In this document: positions 1-9,614 of the stretch, piece by piece | How positions within the stretch are numbered: the first letter of the stretch is position 1 | Layout: each line of letters starts with the position of its first letter | DNA from: a virus | Taxonomy: Duplodnaviria > Caudoviricetes | DNA: 64,000 nt | Virus record (IMG/VR): IMGVR_UViG_3300033066_001150 | Location: 1-64,000 of that record | Direction: 5' to 3' (one strand) | Program-made: the position numbers and the translations under genes | Notes under the pieces: model-generated | The model's input: only the letters and a program-made list of their open reading frames with translations | What the model was told of the DNA's origin: nothing | Database searches by the model: none

Positions 1-128
1 AGTTGCAGATACTCAGTGACCAGCTTTGTTGTTTCTTCCGATGACTTTTGTAGCCAAAGTAAATAGTCCCGTGGGACGTCACTTAATGGAACCCCGGCAT
101 GGATACCGAACTCCAGTGACGTTGTTCA

Positions 129-1142
129 CTATTCGCTGGCCTTTCCGAGGCACGTGCAATACTTGAACCGGGCCCCATTGACAATGAGGTGCTTCTCCGA
201 AATCTCACAGTCGTTGTGACGGTCGGTGATTTCGATGAGCAGCTTGGGGTCGATTCGGAACTTGAAAGAGGTTCCGCGATACTTGAGCTTCTTGACCTCG
301 CGGTACCACCCCGACACCCCTTCCCCCACAACGGTCAACCGGCCCCCGTTGTTGGGGGACAATTCCACGATGACCTGATTGTTGTCTGCGTTTTCCTTGG
401 AGAAGACCTCCGCCTTGTCCACGGCTTCCCCGAGTCCCTTGGGGAGTGTTGTGGGAGTGCCTTTGACCTCCAGAAACTTACCGAAGTCCGGGTAGGTTTC
501 CAGTGAACGACGACAGGACAACCGAAGACCACTCTTGTTGCGAAAGTGAATCCAAGCATCCGTCTCGGAAAACTTGGACATCTGCAGGTCCACAATATGT
601 CGCAAGGACTCCACACGCACGAGGCAGGCTTGGTCCACGGGGTTCTTGATGGGGAACCGGGAGAGCTGGTAGTTGTCGCAGGCCTCCACCCATTTCTGAT
701 GAATGTGGACGCACGTCAGACTGAATTGGGATTGGTCCTTGCTGGCGCAACGGGACACAATGTCGACCGCCTCTGCAAACTCCGGGTCCAGCGGTTTCCA
801 GCCCTGCGGTTTTTCTACCGCCCCAATGGGGAGGAGAATTTGCTGTTCCATACGAATGCCCGTAGAACGGCGTCCGGCTTTGAGACGGAACTCACCCTCC
901 CCCATCTCGACATCGACCTCGTCATTGGGCAGTTTCTGGAGCATTTGCAACAGGGGCTCGGCTTGCACGGCTCCTGTAATTTCCAGACTGCACTTTCGCC
1001 GGCAGGCGACCTCGTCGTTGTAAGTCATCACGGAACCCTCTTGGAACACAAAGCAGGAGGACTGCTCGATGATTTCCTTGGGGGACAGACCGGGACGAAC
1101 CGACTCAAGTTCGTTTAGCAGCTTTTCTCTGTTTACGCGCAT
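129..1142 (-). CDS. DNA polymerase sliding clamp (DnaN/beta-clamp-like)
   Basis: About 337 aa with clamp-like segments (LLQMLQKLPNDEVDVE, IVSRCASKDQSQFSLTCVH, EACDNYQLSR, YPD). Start set at MRVNREK (1142), which has a purine-rich RBS. Confidence 0.7.
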   Translation of the reverse strand: MRVNREKLLNELESVRPGLSPKEIIEQSSCFVFQEGSVMTYNDEVACRRKCSLEITGAVQAEPLLQMLQKLPNDEVDVEMGEGEFRLKAGRRSTGIRMEQQILLPIGAVEKPQGWKPLDPEFAEAVDIVSRCASKDQSQFSLTCVHIHQKWVEACDNYQLSRFPIKNPVDQACLVRVESLRHIVDLQMSKFSETDAWIHFRNKSGLRLSCRRSLETYPDFGKFLEVKGTPTTLPKGLGEAVDKAEVFSKENADNNQVIVELSPNNGGRLTVVGEGVSGWYREVKKLKYRGTSFKFRIDPKLLIEITDRHNDCEISEKHLIVNGARFKYCTCLGKASE

Positions 1143-1299
1143 CTTTCCTTCTTTCTGCGTGTCGTTGAAATCGCTTGATGGTGTCCCCTCGACGTCCATC
1201 AATTTCCCAGTAGGTGAGCATGACGCTGGGTTTGTTCTCACAAAGAACACGTTCGGGCAGTGACTCTCCATTGGTCGAACCGGAGAAAAACATGATCAT
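1105..1299 (-). CDS. small protein, paralogue of 1301-1489
   Basis: MIMFFSG...PE..L...PSVMLTYW; tightly packed in the operon and similar to the neighbouring ORF. Confidence 0.6.
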   Translation of the reverse strand: MIMFFSGSTNGESLPERVLCENKPSVMLTYWEIDGRRGDTIKRFQRHAERRKDARKQRKAAKRT

Positions 1300-1300
1300 G

Positions 1301-1489
1301 CTAGGTTCTCTTTTTTCTCTTTTCGGGAAACTTAATATCCGGCAGTTTCCGTTTCAGTTGTCTTTTTAATCGCCCACACGCCTGACCCCGGTCCCAATGC
1401 CAAAAGGTAAGCATGACAGCCGGGTTGTTCAGTGTTGTTTCGGGGACGTCTTTTGATGCGTAATCGTCACCTGAGAAGAACATGATCAT
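1301..1489 (-). CDS. small protein, paralogue of 1105-1299
   Basis: MIMFFSG...PE..L..PAVMLTFW; ATG lies 2 nt after the stop of the TGT-like gene. Confidence 0.6.
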   Translation of the reverse strand: MIMFFSGDDYASKDVPETTLNNPAVMLTFWHWDRGQACGRLKRQLKRKLPDIKFPEKRKKRT

Positions 1490-1491
1490 AA

Positions 1492-2481
1492 TTACAACGA
1501 GTCCAAGAACGTTTCTCGAGGGGTCCCTTTGAAAGGCCAAGGCCACTCAGGTAACGAATTGCACATGGCTTCGAAGAATCGAAGATTTGCAATTTTTCTG
1601 GCTGAGTGTGTGCTCACAACACCCCACTCTTTCATTTCCCCATTTTCGTCTACACTACCTAGCGGCACGCCAATTTGGTCAAGCCATTTCTGGATGGTAC
1701 GCTGGGCTTCCTTTGATTGATTGTACATCGAGCGTCCTGCGACTTTCCTTTGGGGAGAGTCAGAGCTGACACTGATGTTGTAAGGGCGTACGGGCTGTCG
1801 TGTCCCATTGCAGTCGAGATAGTGAAAGGCGAATTTCCCATCGCGGACACGGGGAACATAAATCATCCCGTAACCACCGGCTTTGCACCACGAAGCACTG
1901 TCCACACTCCACCACGGATACCTGATGAGCAGGTCGTAGGCTGTCATGGCGAAGCCGTGAGTTTTTACAATGGGCTTGCGGTTACTCTTGGCCGGACAAA
2001 GGTAGTCGTACACACGGTCCGCCCAATCGTAGTATAGGTCTTTGGTAGCCTCTTGTCCCAGCCCCCCAAGCCCTATCATCTCGTAACCGGCTTTGACGTA
2101 GCGTTTGACCCATTCCAGAGAGGTCCCCCAGTGAATGACAGGTAGGGGCTTTAGTTTGTGCTCCTCCTCCAGGTACTTTTGGACCTTCCATGTCATTTCG
2201 GGGTTGAAAATAACGTCGATAGTGACGTAGACATCGATTGCTTTTTTGTGTTCTTTGACGAAGGCGGCGTAGCGTTCGACATAATCCCAGAATTCTGGTG
2301 TGTCGTACGCCGAGTAGTCGCGTTGTCCTGTTTGGCGGAACTTGTCGCTCTTCATAACCAATTTGGTGTAGAGAGAGTGCGCCCCGCTATCAAGTGCGAA
2401 TACTCCAATGTTCTCTGGAGGCCGTCCAGAAGACTCGGCAGGCGTCTTCGGTGTACGGATTTTCGACTTCGGGGACCCCAT
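1492..2481 (-). CDS. dpdA: TGT-fold DNA transglycosylase-like protein (DpdA-like)
   Basis: Motifs ALDSGAHS, VTIDVI, PLPVIHWG, IGLGGL, KTHGFA, SVDSASW, in a folE/queD/queE cluster. Start codon uncertain. Confidence 0.65.
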   Translation of the reverse strand: MGSPKSKIRTPKTPAESSGRPPENIGVFALDSGAHSLYTKLVMKSDKFRQTGQRDYSAYDTPEFWDYVERYAAFVKEHKKAIDVYVTIDVIFNPEMTWKVQKYLEEEHKLKPLPVIHWGTSLEWVKRYVKAGYEMIGLGGLGQEATKDLYYDWADRVYDYLCPAKSNRKPIVKTHGFAMTAYDLLIRYPWWSVDSASWCKAGGYGMIYVPRVRDGKFAFHYLDCNGTRQPVRPYNISVSSDSPQRKVAGRSMYNQSKEAQRTIQKWLDQIGVPLGSVDENGEMKEWGVVSTHSARKIANLRFFEAMCNSLPEWPWPFKGTPRETFLDSL

Positions 2482-3676
2482 TCCACACTCCCATGATTTT
2501 TGCTTGACGAGCCCAAGTGCTGTCGTACCTACGATGGATCCAAGACCGCTGCTTGATATTATCGGAGTCCCATAGGCTCTCCGGAAAACTGAGCACGTAC
2601 AGCAAATGAGCGACCGCGGAATCCACGTCAAGATGCCTGTACAGCAGGTCTGTTTCGGCAACACCCGGGGGACTTACGAAAGTCTCAGGAAATGACCGCG
2701 TGGCCGGGTACATAGGCATACAACCTGCAGTGGACGCCTCGAGCAGAGTAAACGATACCCAGTCTTGGTCTGCTGTATTGATTTGGACTTTGGCGGTGCA
2801 GAGTTCCTCGTAGTAGGCTTCTTTCGTAAGGCCTTCTCGGAGAATGATGTTCTCCGGGTACAAAGAACGCGCCTCGTCTAAATCCCGAATGTTTCCAACA
2901 GAATTGCTTCGTAGCTTTGGGGCGCTTGTGCAGACTACAAAAGCCACATCGCGTCGCTTTTCGAGGACCCCGTAAGCAACTTTGAGGAAGAACTGAGGAT
3001 TTTTTTCGTTGTCCCATCGAGACGAGAAAATCACTTTGTTCTGCCGGGGAACGTCGGAAAGCCGCCCGTGCCCATCTTTCATCTTATCTTGATACCATCC
3101 AGGCATCCGTTCCATAACTTCTTGTGAGCAGAATGGAAGCCCAACGACATGAACTTTATTGTGGTCGAATTGCCGTTCTTCTACTAGCAACTCTTTGAGT
3201 AGCGAGTTCGCTACAAAGACCCCTTCGAGAAGAGCCATGTTTCCTTTCTCGAAGTGCGACATCCAGTCACGCATGCTATACGTGAAGTCATATTGATCGA
3301 CGGACTGCGCCCAGCAATAGGCGTACATCTTCGGTGACAGGCCCATCTGCGAGAAACAGTAACCTAAAGCTTCAACCCCCGGATGCCAGAAGTCATCAAA
3401 GTAGATGACATCGTTGTTTTTCAGCCTGCCAGTTTGTGCGTGCTGGAGAAGCTCAGTGATCTGGGAGAATGCATGACAGCACCGGTTGGGGGCGTCAAGA
3501 ACTTGTCCAATTTTGATTGTGCCGGGGTCGGTGTACTTCTGTTCGACTTGTCCGTCAACTCGTCGATACTGAATTCCGGCATTACGCCACTCGCGTTCGA
3601 ACCACCCTGTGACAGGCGCAGACAGTTGCATCGTGTATCGTTCACGAAGAGGCTCAAGGGGGCAGTACCAGAGCAT
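2390..3676 (-). CDS. GT-B (GT4-like) glycosyltransferase
   Basis: FSSRWDNEKNP and QDWVSFTLLEA donor-binding-type motifs; N-terminal YFDDFWHPG. Confidence 0.75.
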   Translation of the reverse strand: MLWYCPLEPLRERYTMQLSAPVTGWFEREWRNAGIQYRRVDGQVEQKYTDPGTIKIGQVLDAPNRCCHAFSQITELLQHAQTGRLKNNDVIYFDDFWHPGVEALGYCFSQMGLSPKMYAYCWAQSVDQYDFTYSMRDWMSHFEKGNMALLEGVFVANSLLKELLVEERQFDHNKVHVVGLPFCSQEVMERMPGWYQDKMKDGHGRLSDVPRQNKVIFSSRWDNEKNPQFFLKVAYGVLEKRRDVAFVVCTSAPKLRSNSVGNIRDLDEARSLYPENIILREGLTKEAYYEELCTAKVQINTADQDWVSFTLLEASTAGCMPMYPATRSFPETFVSPPGVAETDLLYRHLDVDSAVAHLLYVLSFPESLWDSDNIKQRSWIHRRYDSTWARQAKIMGVWNGVPEVENPYTEDACRVFWTASREHWSIRT

Positions 3677-3678
3677 GG

Positions 3679-4170
3679 TTATTCCTTGGGGGTGGCGTCT
3701 TGGTCAAGTTCAAAGATCGGGCTGTCCAGCGGTGTACTATACTTCGGCAGATTATCGAGTATGCTGTTCCAGACCAAGTTACCCCCGATGAGTGTCTTAT
3801 AGTAGTCAGCGTACCCTTGCAACCAGCTACGGTCTGCGCATTCGCCCACGAAGACCACATTGTACGGGTGCCTGTCACGTAACCACTTCAACCACTGATG
3901 GAACGTGTCCACCTCAATTGTCACGTGCAGCTTGTAGGCCTTGGCGTCCTTCAGTATGTCCATAAAAGTCACAGGATTGACATCGCGGTTATTCCCAGCT
4001 CCGTAGTAGAGGCCTTTCACTTCGGGGAGAAGATACCTATACTTGTGGTAGTCGGTGAGTGTTGTCGGTCCGGGGAAGAACAGAACCTGATCACCTTGAT
4101 GAGGTCCCTCTGCCTCTACACCGAAGAAGGGACGAGTCTTGATCTGCATTGCGGGGAGTGTGTCAGACAT
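3679..4170 (-). CDS. conserved hypothetical protein of deazaguanine clusters
   Basis: FFGVEAEG...LFF...LYYGAG pattern; overlaps or abuts its neighbours. Confidence 0.55.
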   Translation of the reverse strand: MSDTLPAMQIKTRPFFGVEAEGPHQGDQVLFFPGPTTLTDYHKYRYLLPEVKGLYYGAGNNRDVNPVTFMDILKDAKAYKLHVTIEVDTFHQWLKWLRDRHPYNVVFVGECADRSWLQGYADYYKTLIGGNLVWNSILDNLPKYSTPLDSPIFELDQDATPKE

Positions 4171-4546
4171 ACTCGACTCTTGCTCCGTTCTCACCGTCTT
4201 CGCTCACTTCAATCCACTGGACCTTATATCGGTCTTTTTGGAGCAACGCGCCAAGTCTAGATGCCAGTTGCTCACACGAATAAAGGAAGGACTGACCTGC
4301 GAACCTCTCGCAATGGAGACTGAGGTTTCTTTTCAGGATAAAGAATTCCACATCGCGATCGCCATGTGCCGCGACGACACTGACTTTGACATGAAAGACG
4401 TGCCGGTGCTCGTTGCGAAGGAAGGCTACTTCGTCAGGGGCGTCTATCCATTTATGAAACCCCACAAACGAATCAGTCACCCATACCGAGATTTTTGTAC
4501 CAGTATTCTGTTGCACGCTGTTCTCTCCGTGTAGAGGTCCTGCCAC
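4163..4546 (-). CDS. dpdL: QueD-like T-fold protein with LxxxHRHxF motif (DpdL-like)
   Basis: GFHKW...FLRNEHRHVF...DRDVEF...SCEQLA...VSEDGENGA. Confidence 0.65.
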   Translation of the reverse strand: MAGPLHGENSVQQNTGTKISVWVTDSFVGFHKWIDAPDEVAFLRNEHRHVFHVKVSVVAAHGDRDVEFFILKRNLSLHCERFAGQSFLYSCEQLASRLGALLQKDRYKVQWIEVSEDGENGARVEYV

Positions 4547-5457
4547 TATGATCGGATCATCGACATGAACTCTGCGCGTGAAGATGCGTCGCTGCGGAAC
4601 ACCCCCTCGAGACTGGATGTTACCATCACCGAGTTCTGTTTCTGGACCCCACGACAGACCATGCAGAGGTGCTTGCTTTCAATCACACACGCCGCCCCCT
4701 TGGGTTGTAGGTGCTCCATCAGAGCAGCCGTGACCTGCTTTGTAAGACGCTCCTGGATTTGGAGGCGGTGCGCGTAAATTTCGAGCACACGGGCCAGCTT
4801 GGACACGCCTATCACCCGTCCATTGGGGACATACGCTACATGGGCCTTCCCTAGAAAAGGCAGCATATGGTGTTCGCAATAGGAGACGAATTCAATGTCC
4901 TTGAGGAGAACGAGTTCGTCGCAAGCTCCGTCTTCGAAAGTCGTCATCACATCGGCGGGGCTCTGTTTGTACCCCGAGAAGAGTTCGCTGTAGCTTTTGA
5001 TGACTCGTTTGGGGGTGTCTACCAGGCCTTCCCGAGCAGGGTCCTCTCCGATATACTGAAGCAGACGAATCACAGCGTCCGTCGGTCCTAAGTCTTCTCG
5101 TTTCTTTTCGTGGGGAAAGTCCTCCCACGGGAAAACAATCCAATGGGTGTCCGGGTCGTTCAGTTTGTTGATCAAGGAGTAGAACGGCTGGGGGTATTGC
5201 TCCGCAAACCGCTGGCGGGTCTCCCCCGAATCTACGATGTCGTCAAAGAAGGCATCTGCGAGATGGGGGTTGTTGACTAGGCAGAACCTATCCGAAGCCC
5301 CCGGCAGGCTCATCAAGACTTGAGCGGCGTGAATACCGCCACGGGGGACAGGGTAAAGAGTAATCAGAGGACGGTGTCCAAACTCGGCTTCGATAAACCC
5401 AACCTGACGGCTCGCCAGATTATGGACGTCGTCCCACGACAAGAATTTCTTTTCCAC
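4546..5457 (-). CDS. folE: type I phosphoribosyltransferase - GTP cyclohydrolase I fusion
   Basis: N-terminal VPRGG, DDIVDSGET, WIVFPWE (PRTase); C-terminal REGLVDTPKRV, CEHHMLPF, GVSKLAR, QIQERLT, HLCMVCRG (FolE). Confidence 0.9.
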   Translation of the reverse strand: MEKKFLSWDDVHNLASRQVGFIEAEFGHRPLITLYPVPRGGIHAAQVLMSLPGASDRFCLVNNPHLADAFFDDIVDSGETRQRFAEQYPQPFYSLINKLNDPDTHWIVFPWEDFPHEKKREDLGPTDAVIRLLQYIGEDPAREGLVDTPKRVIKSYSELFSGYKQSPADVMTTFEDGACDELVLLKDIEFVSYCEHHMLPFLGKAHVAYVPNGRVIGVSKLARVLEIYAHRLQIQERLTKQVTAALMEHLQPKGAACVIESKHLCMVCRGVQKQNSVMVTSSLEGVFRSDASSRAEFMSMIRS

Positions 5458-5484
5458 GAGTGATTGCCTTATGACGGTTTGATT

Positions 5485-6165
5485 CTAAGGGAGACCAGCG
5501 ATTTTGTGGGTTTGCAGACAGAGGATATAACCATGCTTCAAAACCGCGTCCACCGCGGTTTGCATGTTGAGGCTGTTCTTTCCCATTTCGTACTCGTCCA
5601 ACGGCTGGACGTAAATGGGCTTGGTTGTTTCGGCGGGGGTGTAGACCGGGTCGGACCGTCCCAAGGTAGACTGCGGGAGTCCCTTGTCGTTCACATTATC
5701 ATGTTGAACAACGTATTTCCATGCCGAGATGTAGAGTTCCAACTTTGGGTCCACATGTCGGCTCTTGGGCGAGCACACAATAGACAGCCGGGGGTGTTCG
5801 AAAGGGAGCCAGCGGTAGACGGTTCCGTTGGTCTCGATCTGGACCCGCCACCCTTTCCGCAGCATCTCCACCACGAACAGTTGAATCGGTTGGCGGAAAG
5901 GCTCTCCCCCAGTGATCACAACAAAGGGTGTGTCGTACTGGGCGACGGTGGTCATTAGCTCCTCGACGGTCCAGTCCCGTCGGTCGCTTGTGTAGTCCGC
6001 ATCACAATGCGGACAGTTCAGGTTACAACCGCCCAGCCTCACGAACACAGCCCGACGTCCAGAGAAGGGACCCTCCCCTTGAATGGTCAGCCACGGCACC
6101 CCTTGAACGTTCAGGGTCCTCCCGTCTCCGGCATCCTGCTTTTCGATCGGCTGGTTGTTGGTCAT
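5485..6165 (-). CDS. queE: 7-carboxy-7-deazaguanine synthase (radical SAM)
   Basis: TIQGEG, FVRLGGCNLNCPHCD, ITGGEP, IETNG, CSPK, QTHK. Confidence 0.92.
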   Translation of the reverse strand: MTNNQPIEKQDAGDGRTLNVQGVPWLTIQGEGPFSGRRAVFVRLGGCNLNCPHCDADYTSDRRDWTVEELMTTVAQYDTPFVVITGGEPFRQPIQLFVVEMLRKGWRVQIETNGTVYRWLPFEHPRLSIVCSPKSRHVDPKLELYISAWKYVVQHDNVNDKGLPQSTLGRSDPVYTPAETTKPIYVQPLDEYEMGKNSLNMQTAVDAVLKHGYILCLQTHKIAGLP

Positions 6166-6446
6166 GCTGTCCCTAAAAGAAGACGGGCGGACGCCTTGGC
6201 TATATCGTACACACTTCCCTCTTGTGGACCGTGGTTGGACACCAGCCAGAGGAGGTATGTCCTTGGCACTTTAGTAATCGGGAGACCCTTGTGTTTCCCA
6301 AAAGAAAACACGTAGGACCGGGCTTCCTCTACGTTGGAGGGGTAATGTGTGGCGACCGGGACAGCCTTGTGGGTGGGCACCGTCTTTGTCCGTGGGATTC
6401 GTTTGGGCCACTGGTGGGGGAAGCCAAGAACACACTCTAAACTCAT
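6162..6446 (-). CDS. small protein with DUF3820-like FGKHKG motif
   Basis: FSFGKHKGLPITKVPRTYLLWL; ATGA overlap with the queD stop. Confidence 0.6.
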   Translation of the reverse strand: MSLECVLGFPHQWPKRIPRTKTVPTHKAVPVATHYPSNVEEARSYVFSFGKHKGLPITKVPRTYLLWLVSNHGPQEGSVYDIAKASARLLLGTA

Positions 6447-6916
6447 ACCCGTCTCCAATCCGCGTAGCAGTTGGGGGTTTCCCAGAGACGCACGTGGGTC
6501 ACGGTGAGTTTGTGAGGCACCAGCAGCATGGAAGCAACCGTCGCCAGTTCCTCTGCAAGGTTCTCCGCGGTGGGGTTCCGTTTTCCGAGTAGAATGTAAG
6601 GTGTCCGGGGACCGATCACTTCTTGAAAAACAGAATAGGCGTCTCCGGCAGCTGCGCCGTGGGACTGCAGAAACAAACGCAACGGGTCGTCTTCGTGAAG
6701 GATTAAGGTGTGATCCCAATTGTCGTCAATCCACTGTCCCACAATGGTCTTAAGGACCGAAAAGTCGATCACACGTCCCAAGGCATCCAGTTCCGGGGCC
6801 TCGACTGTGACCTCAGCCGTATAACGATGCCCGTGCAATGTGGCACACTTGCTCTCGTGACGGAGGACCCGGTGCCCGGCATCGAACCCGAATTGACGTG
6901 TGATCGAGATTGGCAT
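6443..6916 (-). CDS. queD: 6-carboxytetrahydropterin synthase
   Basis: FDAGHR, KCATLHGHRY, VIDF, WDH, NPTAENLA, WETP. Confidence 0.92.
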   Translation of the reverse strand: MPISITRQFGFDAGHRVLRHESKCATLHGHRYTAEVTVEAPELDALGRVIDFSVLKTIVGQWIDDNWDHTLILHEDDPLRLFLQSHGAAAGDAYSVFQEVIGPRTPYILLGKRNPTAENLAEELATVASMLLVPHKLTVTHVRLWETPNCYADWRRV

Positions 6917-7372
6917 GCTACTTCCTTTTGCACTTTCCACAGATGTCCTGCTTCCCGCCACGGCGGCCCTTGTCCACTCGGAGCATCTTTCCACAGCGTT
7001 TGCAGTGAACAGGGATAGTCATCGCGAGAGGAGAAAACTTTCCGGGGCGACTAACGTTTCTGCTTGGGATCATGGGGTCCTCGCGTCGTCGTTTTGGATT
7101 TCGAAGGCGTGGTCTGCACAACGAACGCAGAGAAAAACAGGTCCCTCGTTCCACAGGAACCTCAAGCCCTCGGTCGTCCCACATCCATCACATTGTCGGA
7201 CGTACTCACAAGAACAACGACCTATGAATAGACGACGTGCGCAGTATGGACATTCGACGTCGCAACCTTCGTCGTCTTTGGGGGCTCGCAACATGACTTA
7301 TCGCTTATCCTTGGCTGTGTGTCACACTGTCGAATCCTGTTCAGGTCCTTCTCTGTTGTATTATCGTCAGAT

Positions 7373-7410
7373 AAAAAAGAACCGCAAGAGAAGGGCCCCT
7401 TGCGGTTCTT
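7373..7410 (-). terminator. intrinsic terminator
   Basis: Minus strand AAGAACCGCAAG-loop-CTTGCGGTTCTT followed by a T-run, downstream of 7432-8091. Confidence 0.7.
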
Positions 7411-7431
7411 GTTCGCAACGGACAGCCAGGA

Positions 7432-8091
7432 TTACTCTTCGTCGCCTTCGTCTTCGTTCTTCTTCACCTTCTTGGCGGACTTCTTGGCCTTCGGTGTGTC
7501 CTTGCTGTCGGTGGGATTTTCTTCCTTGTCGGTCTTCTCCGTTTTCTCAGCCTTCGCGGCTTTGTCCTTGGTAACACCGGTCAGCTTGTAGCCCTTCTCG
7601 GTCTTCTCAGCGAACCCGTGATTGATGAGGAAGGCCAGGTGTCCTTTGACACGACCCACGTCAAACCCGGCAGCTTCTGCGATTTCCTTGGCCGTCTGTG
7701 ACTTCTTGGTCATCACGGCGTTGATGGCTGCGGCTTGCGAACCTTCGCGATTGCCAAACTGGTCCCGGGGGGCGTTTGGCTTCGCTTTGGTTGTGGGGCG
7801 CTTTCCTTTCTCGGCCTTTTCGCCTTTAGAGGCCTTCTTGCTCTTCTTCTTGTCGGTGTCGTCGGCTTCTTCGCCGTCGTCTTCGATCTCGATGTCCTGT
7901 TCCGCCTCGTTGAGCTTCTGTATGGCCTTGAGAGTCTCCTGTTGGTCCTTGGACAGTTCGACCTCTTCGTCGACCAAGGTGTCGATGGCCTGGAGCTTCC
8001 CGAGAAGCTTCGCCTTCGTCCACTTGCCCGCCATCGCGGCACCCAACGCAACCAACAGGGACACAGCTGCAGACCGCTTAATCGCACTCAT
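7432..8091 (-). CDS. Lys/Glu-rich DNA-binding protein with winged-HTH-like domain
   Basis: RDQFGNREGSQAAAIN...GHLAFLINHGFA, shared with 23350-24207; charged tails. Confidence 0.6.
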   Translation of the reverse strand: MSAIKRSAAVSLLVALGAAMAGKWTKAKLLGKLQAIDTLVDEEVELSKDQQETLKAIQKLNEAEQDIEIEDDGEEADDTDKKKSKKASKGEKAEKGKRPTTKAKPNAPRDQFGNREGSQAAAINAVMTKKSQTAKEIAEAAGFDVGRVKGHLAFLINHGFAEKTEKGYKLTGVTKDKAAKAEKTEKTDKEENPTDSKDTPKAKKSAKKVKKNEDEGDEE

Positions 8092-8219
8092 CTCGTCTCT
8101 CCAATTCCGGGGGAACTATGGCGCCCGTTGCGCCCGGTCGAACTGTCGACCGTTGTGCTAGTAATATCGGATCGCTGTCTTAGTCGACAAGAAAAATCTA
8201 GGCGGCTCGCAATTTTTCT

Positions 8220-9614
8220 TCAAAATACTGAACGGACCGCTGGGTTCCCGATATCAAGGCATCCTGCGACGTAGACGCATCGGGATACGTTGAACTCGCT
8301 TTCCCGAAGGACAATCCAGTTAAGGCGGTAAATACCGTCTTCCTTCTCGTCACGGGTCTGGTTAATCCCACACATGCCGGTCACGTGGGCCATCTTCTTT
8401 TTGAGTTCACTGAAATGGGACTGGTCCAGTGTCTCCGCTTTGTAGGACGCCGAATTGGCTTGGGTGGCCGTAATGACGCAACAGTGCAGGGCTTGGGACA
8501 GTGCTCGCAGTTTCATCCACGTCTTGTTGATGGCGTCTTGGCTTTGCAGGTTCCCGGGGGGAGGTGCCAGAATGTCCGCGTAATCAATCACAATAACATC
8601 CGGGGACCAGTCCTCCCGTTCCCATGTTTTAAGAATGGAGGAGATACCGTTGACGCTTAACGTGTCCGCCGGATGGGTTGAAAGACGGAGCAACGTCTGC
8701 TTCGTTTTAACCTTTTTCAAAACGGCTTGGCAGGCTTTGTACCCGTCTTGCCACGAGAGGGCTTCCTTGAAGACGCGCTCTTCCGTGGTCACGGTCGCCC
8801 AGCGTTCGTCCGGGTCGTGTTCGATACTGATAGGGTAGCGGATGGTCTTGGGCACGAAAGGACGTCGGGCGGCCCGTTTCTGGAACCGCCGCATCATTTG
8901 GTTCTGGCTCAAGTCTCCCACGGAGAAGAATGCCACACGCCTCCTTTGCAGCATGGCCCGCCATGCGATATCTAGGAGAATCCAGCTCTTGCCACGTTTC
9001 TCCGGTCCCATAAAAGAAATGAACGAGTCCCGTTCCAAGGCGTCCTTGAAAAAGTTCCCAAGAGCCCCGGGATACGTGACTAGCGGTTCCGACTTGGATT
9101 CAAAGGCTTGTTGCATCGCCACTTGATCACGCAACACGTCCACACCCATGCCCGAGCCTAGTTCCACGTGGTGGAACCCATTGACCCGGTCGAGGGCTTT
9201 TTTCAAATCCCCTTGGTCGATATCCCCCTGCAGGGTCTCCGCGAGGTGGGCGAGGTTTACTTTGTTGAAATGCCCGGAGGCCAAGTCCACAAGGAATTGA
9301 CTGTTCTGTTCCTTATGCAGACTGGCGTACTCCCCGGACAACGAAGAAAGAAACCCCTCGATTGTAGAGATGGTTTCTTTATCCTTGTTCCGGGCGGCCC
9401 AACTTTCGAACATCCCTTCGATATTTTTGCGGGGGGCCTTTTCGTACTGCTCGTAAAACTTGACGCACCATCCGCCAATTAGGTTGGACCATTTGGATTT
9501 GAACCGACCTTCCTTCGCCCACACAGACGCCACGTGTCCGAGCACAATGGGGTCAACGATCATCCCGATGAGAATGCGGCGTTCGTCGCCCCCGTTGCGG
9601 CGTTCAATTTTCAC
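8220..9614 (-). CDS. DnaB-like replicative helicase
   Basis: Walker A GPEKRGKS, VIVIDYAD, ITATQAN. Confidence 0.85.
   Translation of the reverse strand: MKIERRNGGDERRILIGMIVDPIVLGHVASVWAKEGRFKSKWSNLIGGWCVKFYEQYEKAPRKNIEGMFESWAARNKDKETISTIEGFLSSLSGEYASLHKEQNSQFLVDLASGHFNKVNLAHLAETLQGDIDQGDLKKALDRVNGFHHVELGSGMGVDVLRDQVAMQQAFESKSEPLVTYPGALGNFFKDALERDSFISFMGPEKRGKSWILLDIAWRAMLQRRRVAFFSVGDLSQNQMMRRFQKRAARRPFVPKTIRYPISIEHDPDERWATVTTEERVFKEALSWQDGYKACQAVLKKVKTKQTLLRLSTHPADTLSVNGISSILKTWEREDWSPDVIVIDYADILAPPPGNLQSQDAINKTWMKLRALSQALHCCVITATQANSASYKAETLDQSHFSELKKKMAHVTGMCGINQTRDEKEDGIYRLNWIVLRESEFNVSRCVYVAGCLDIGNPAVRSVF

Noticed and set aside
1-7000. queC/queF/arcS in the modification cluster
   Set aside because: No SGGxDS or QueF motifs are seen; they could lie outside the window.
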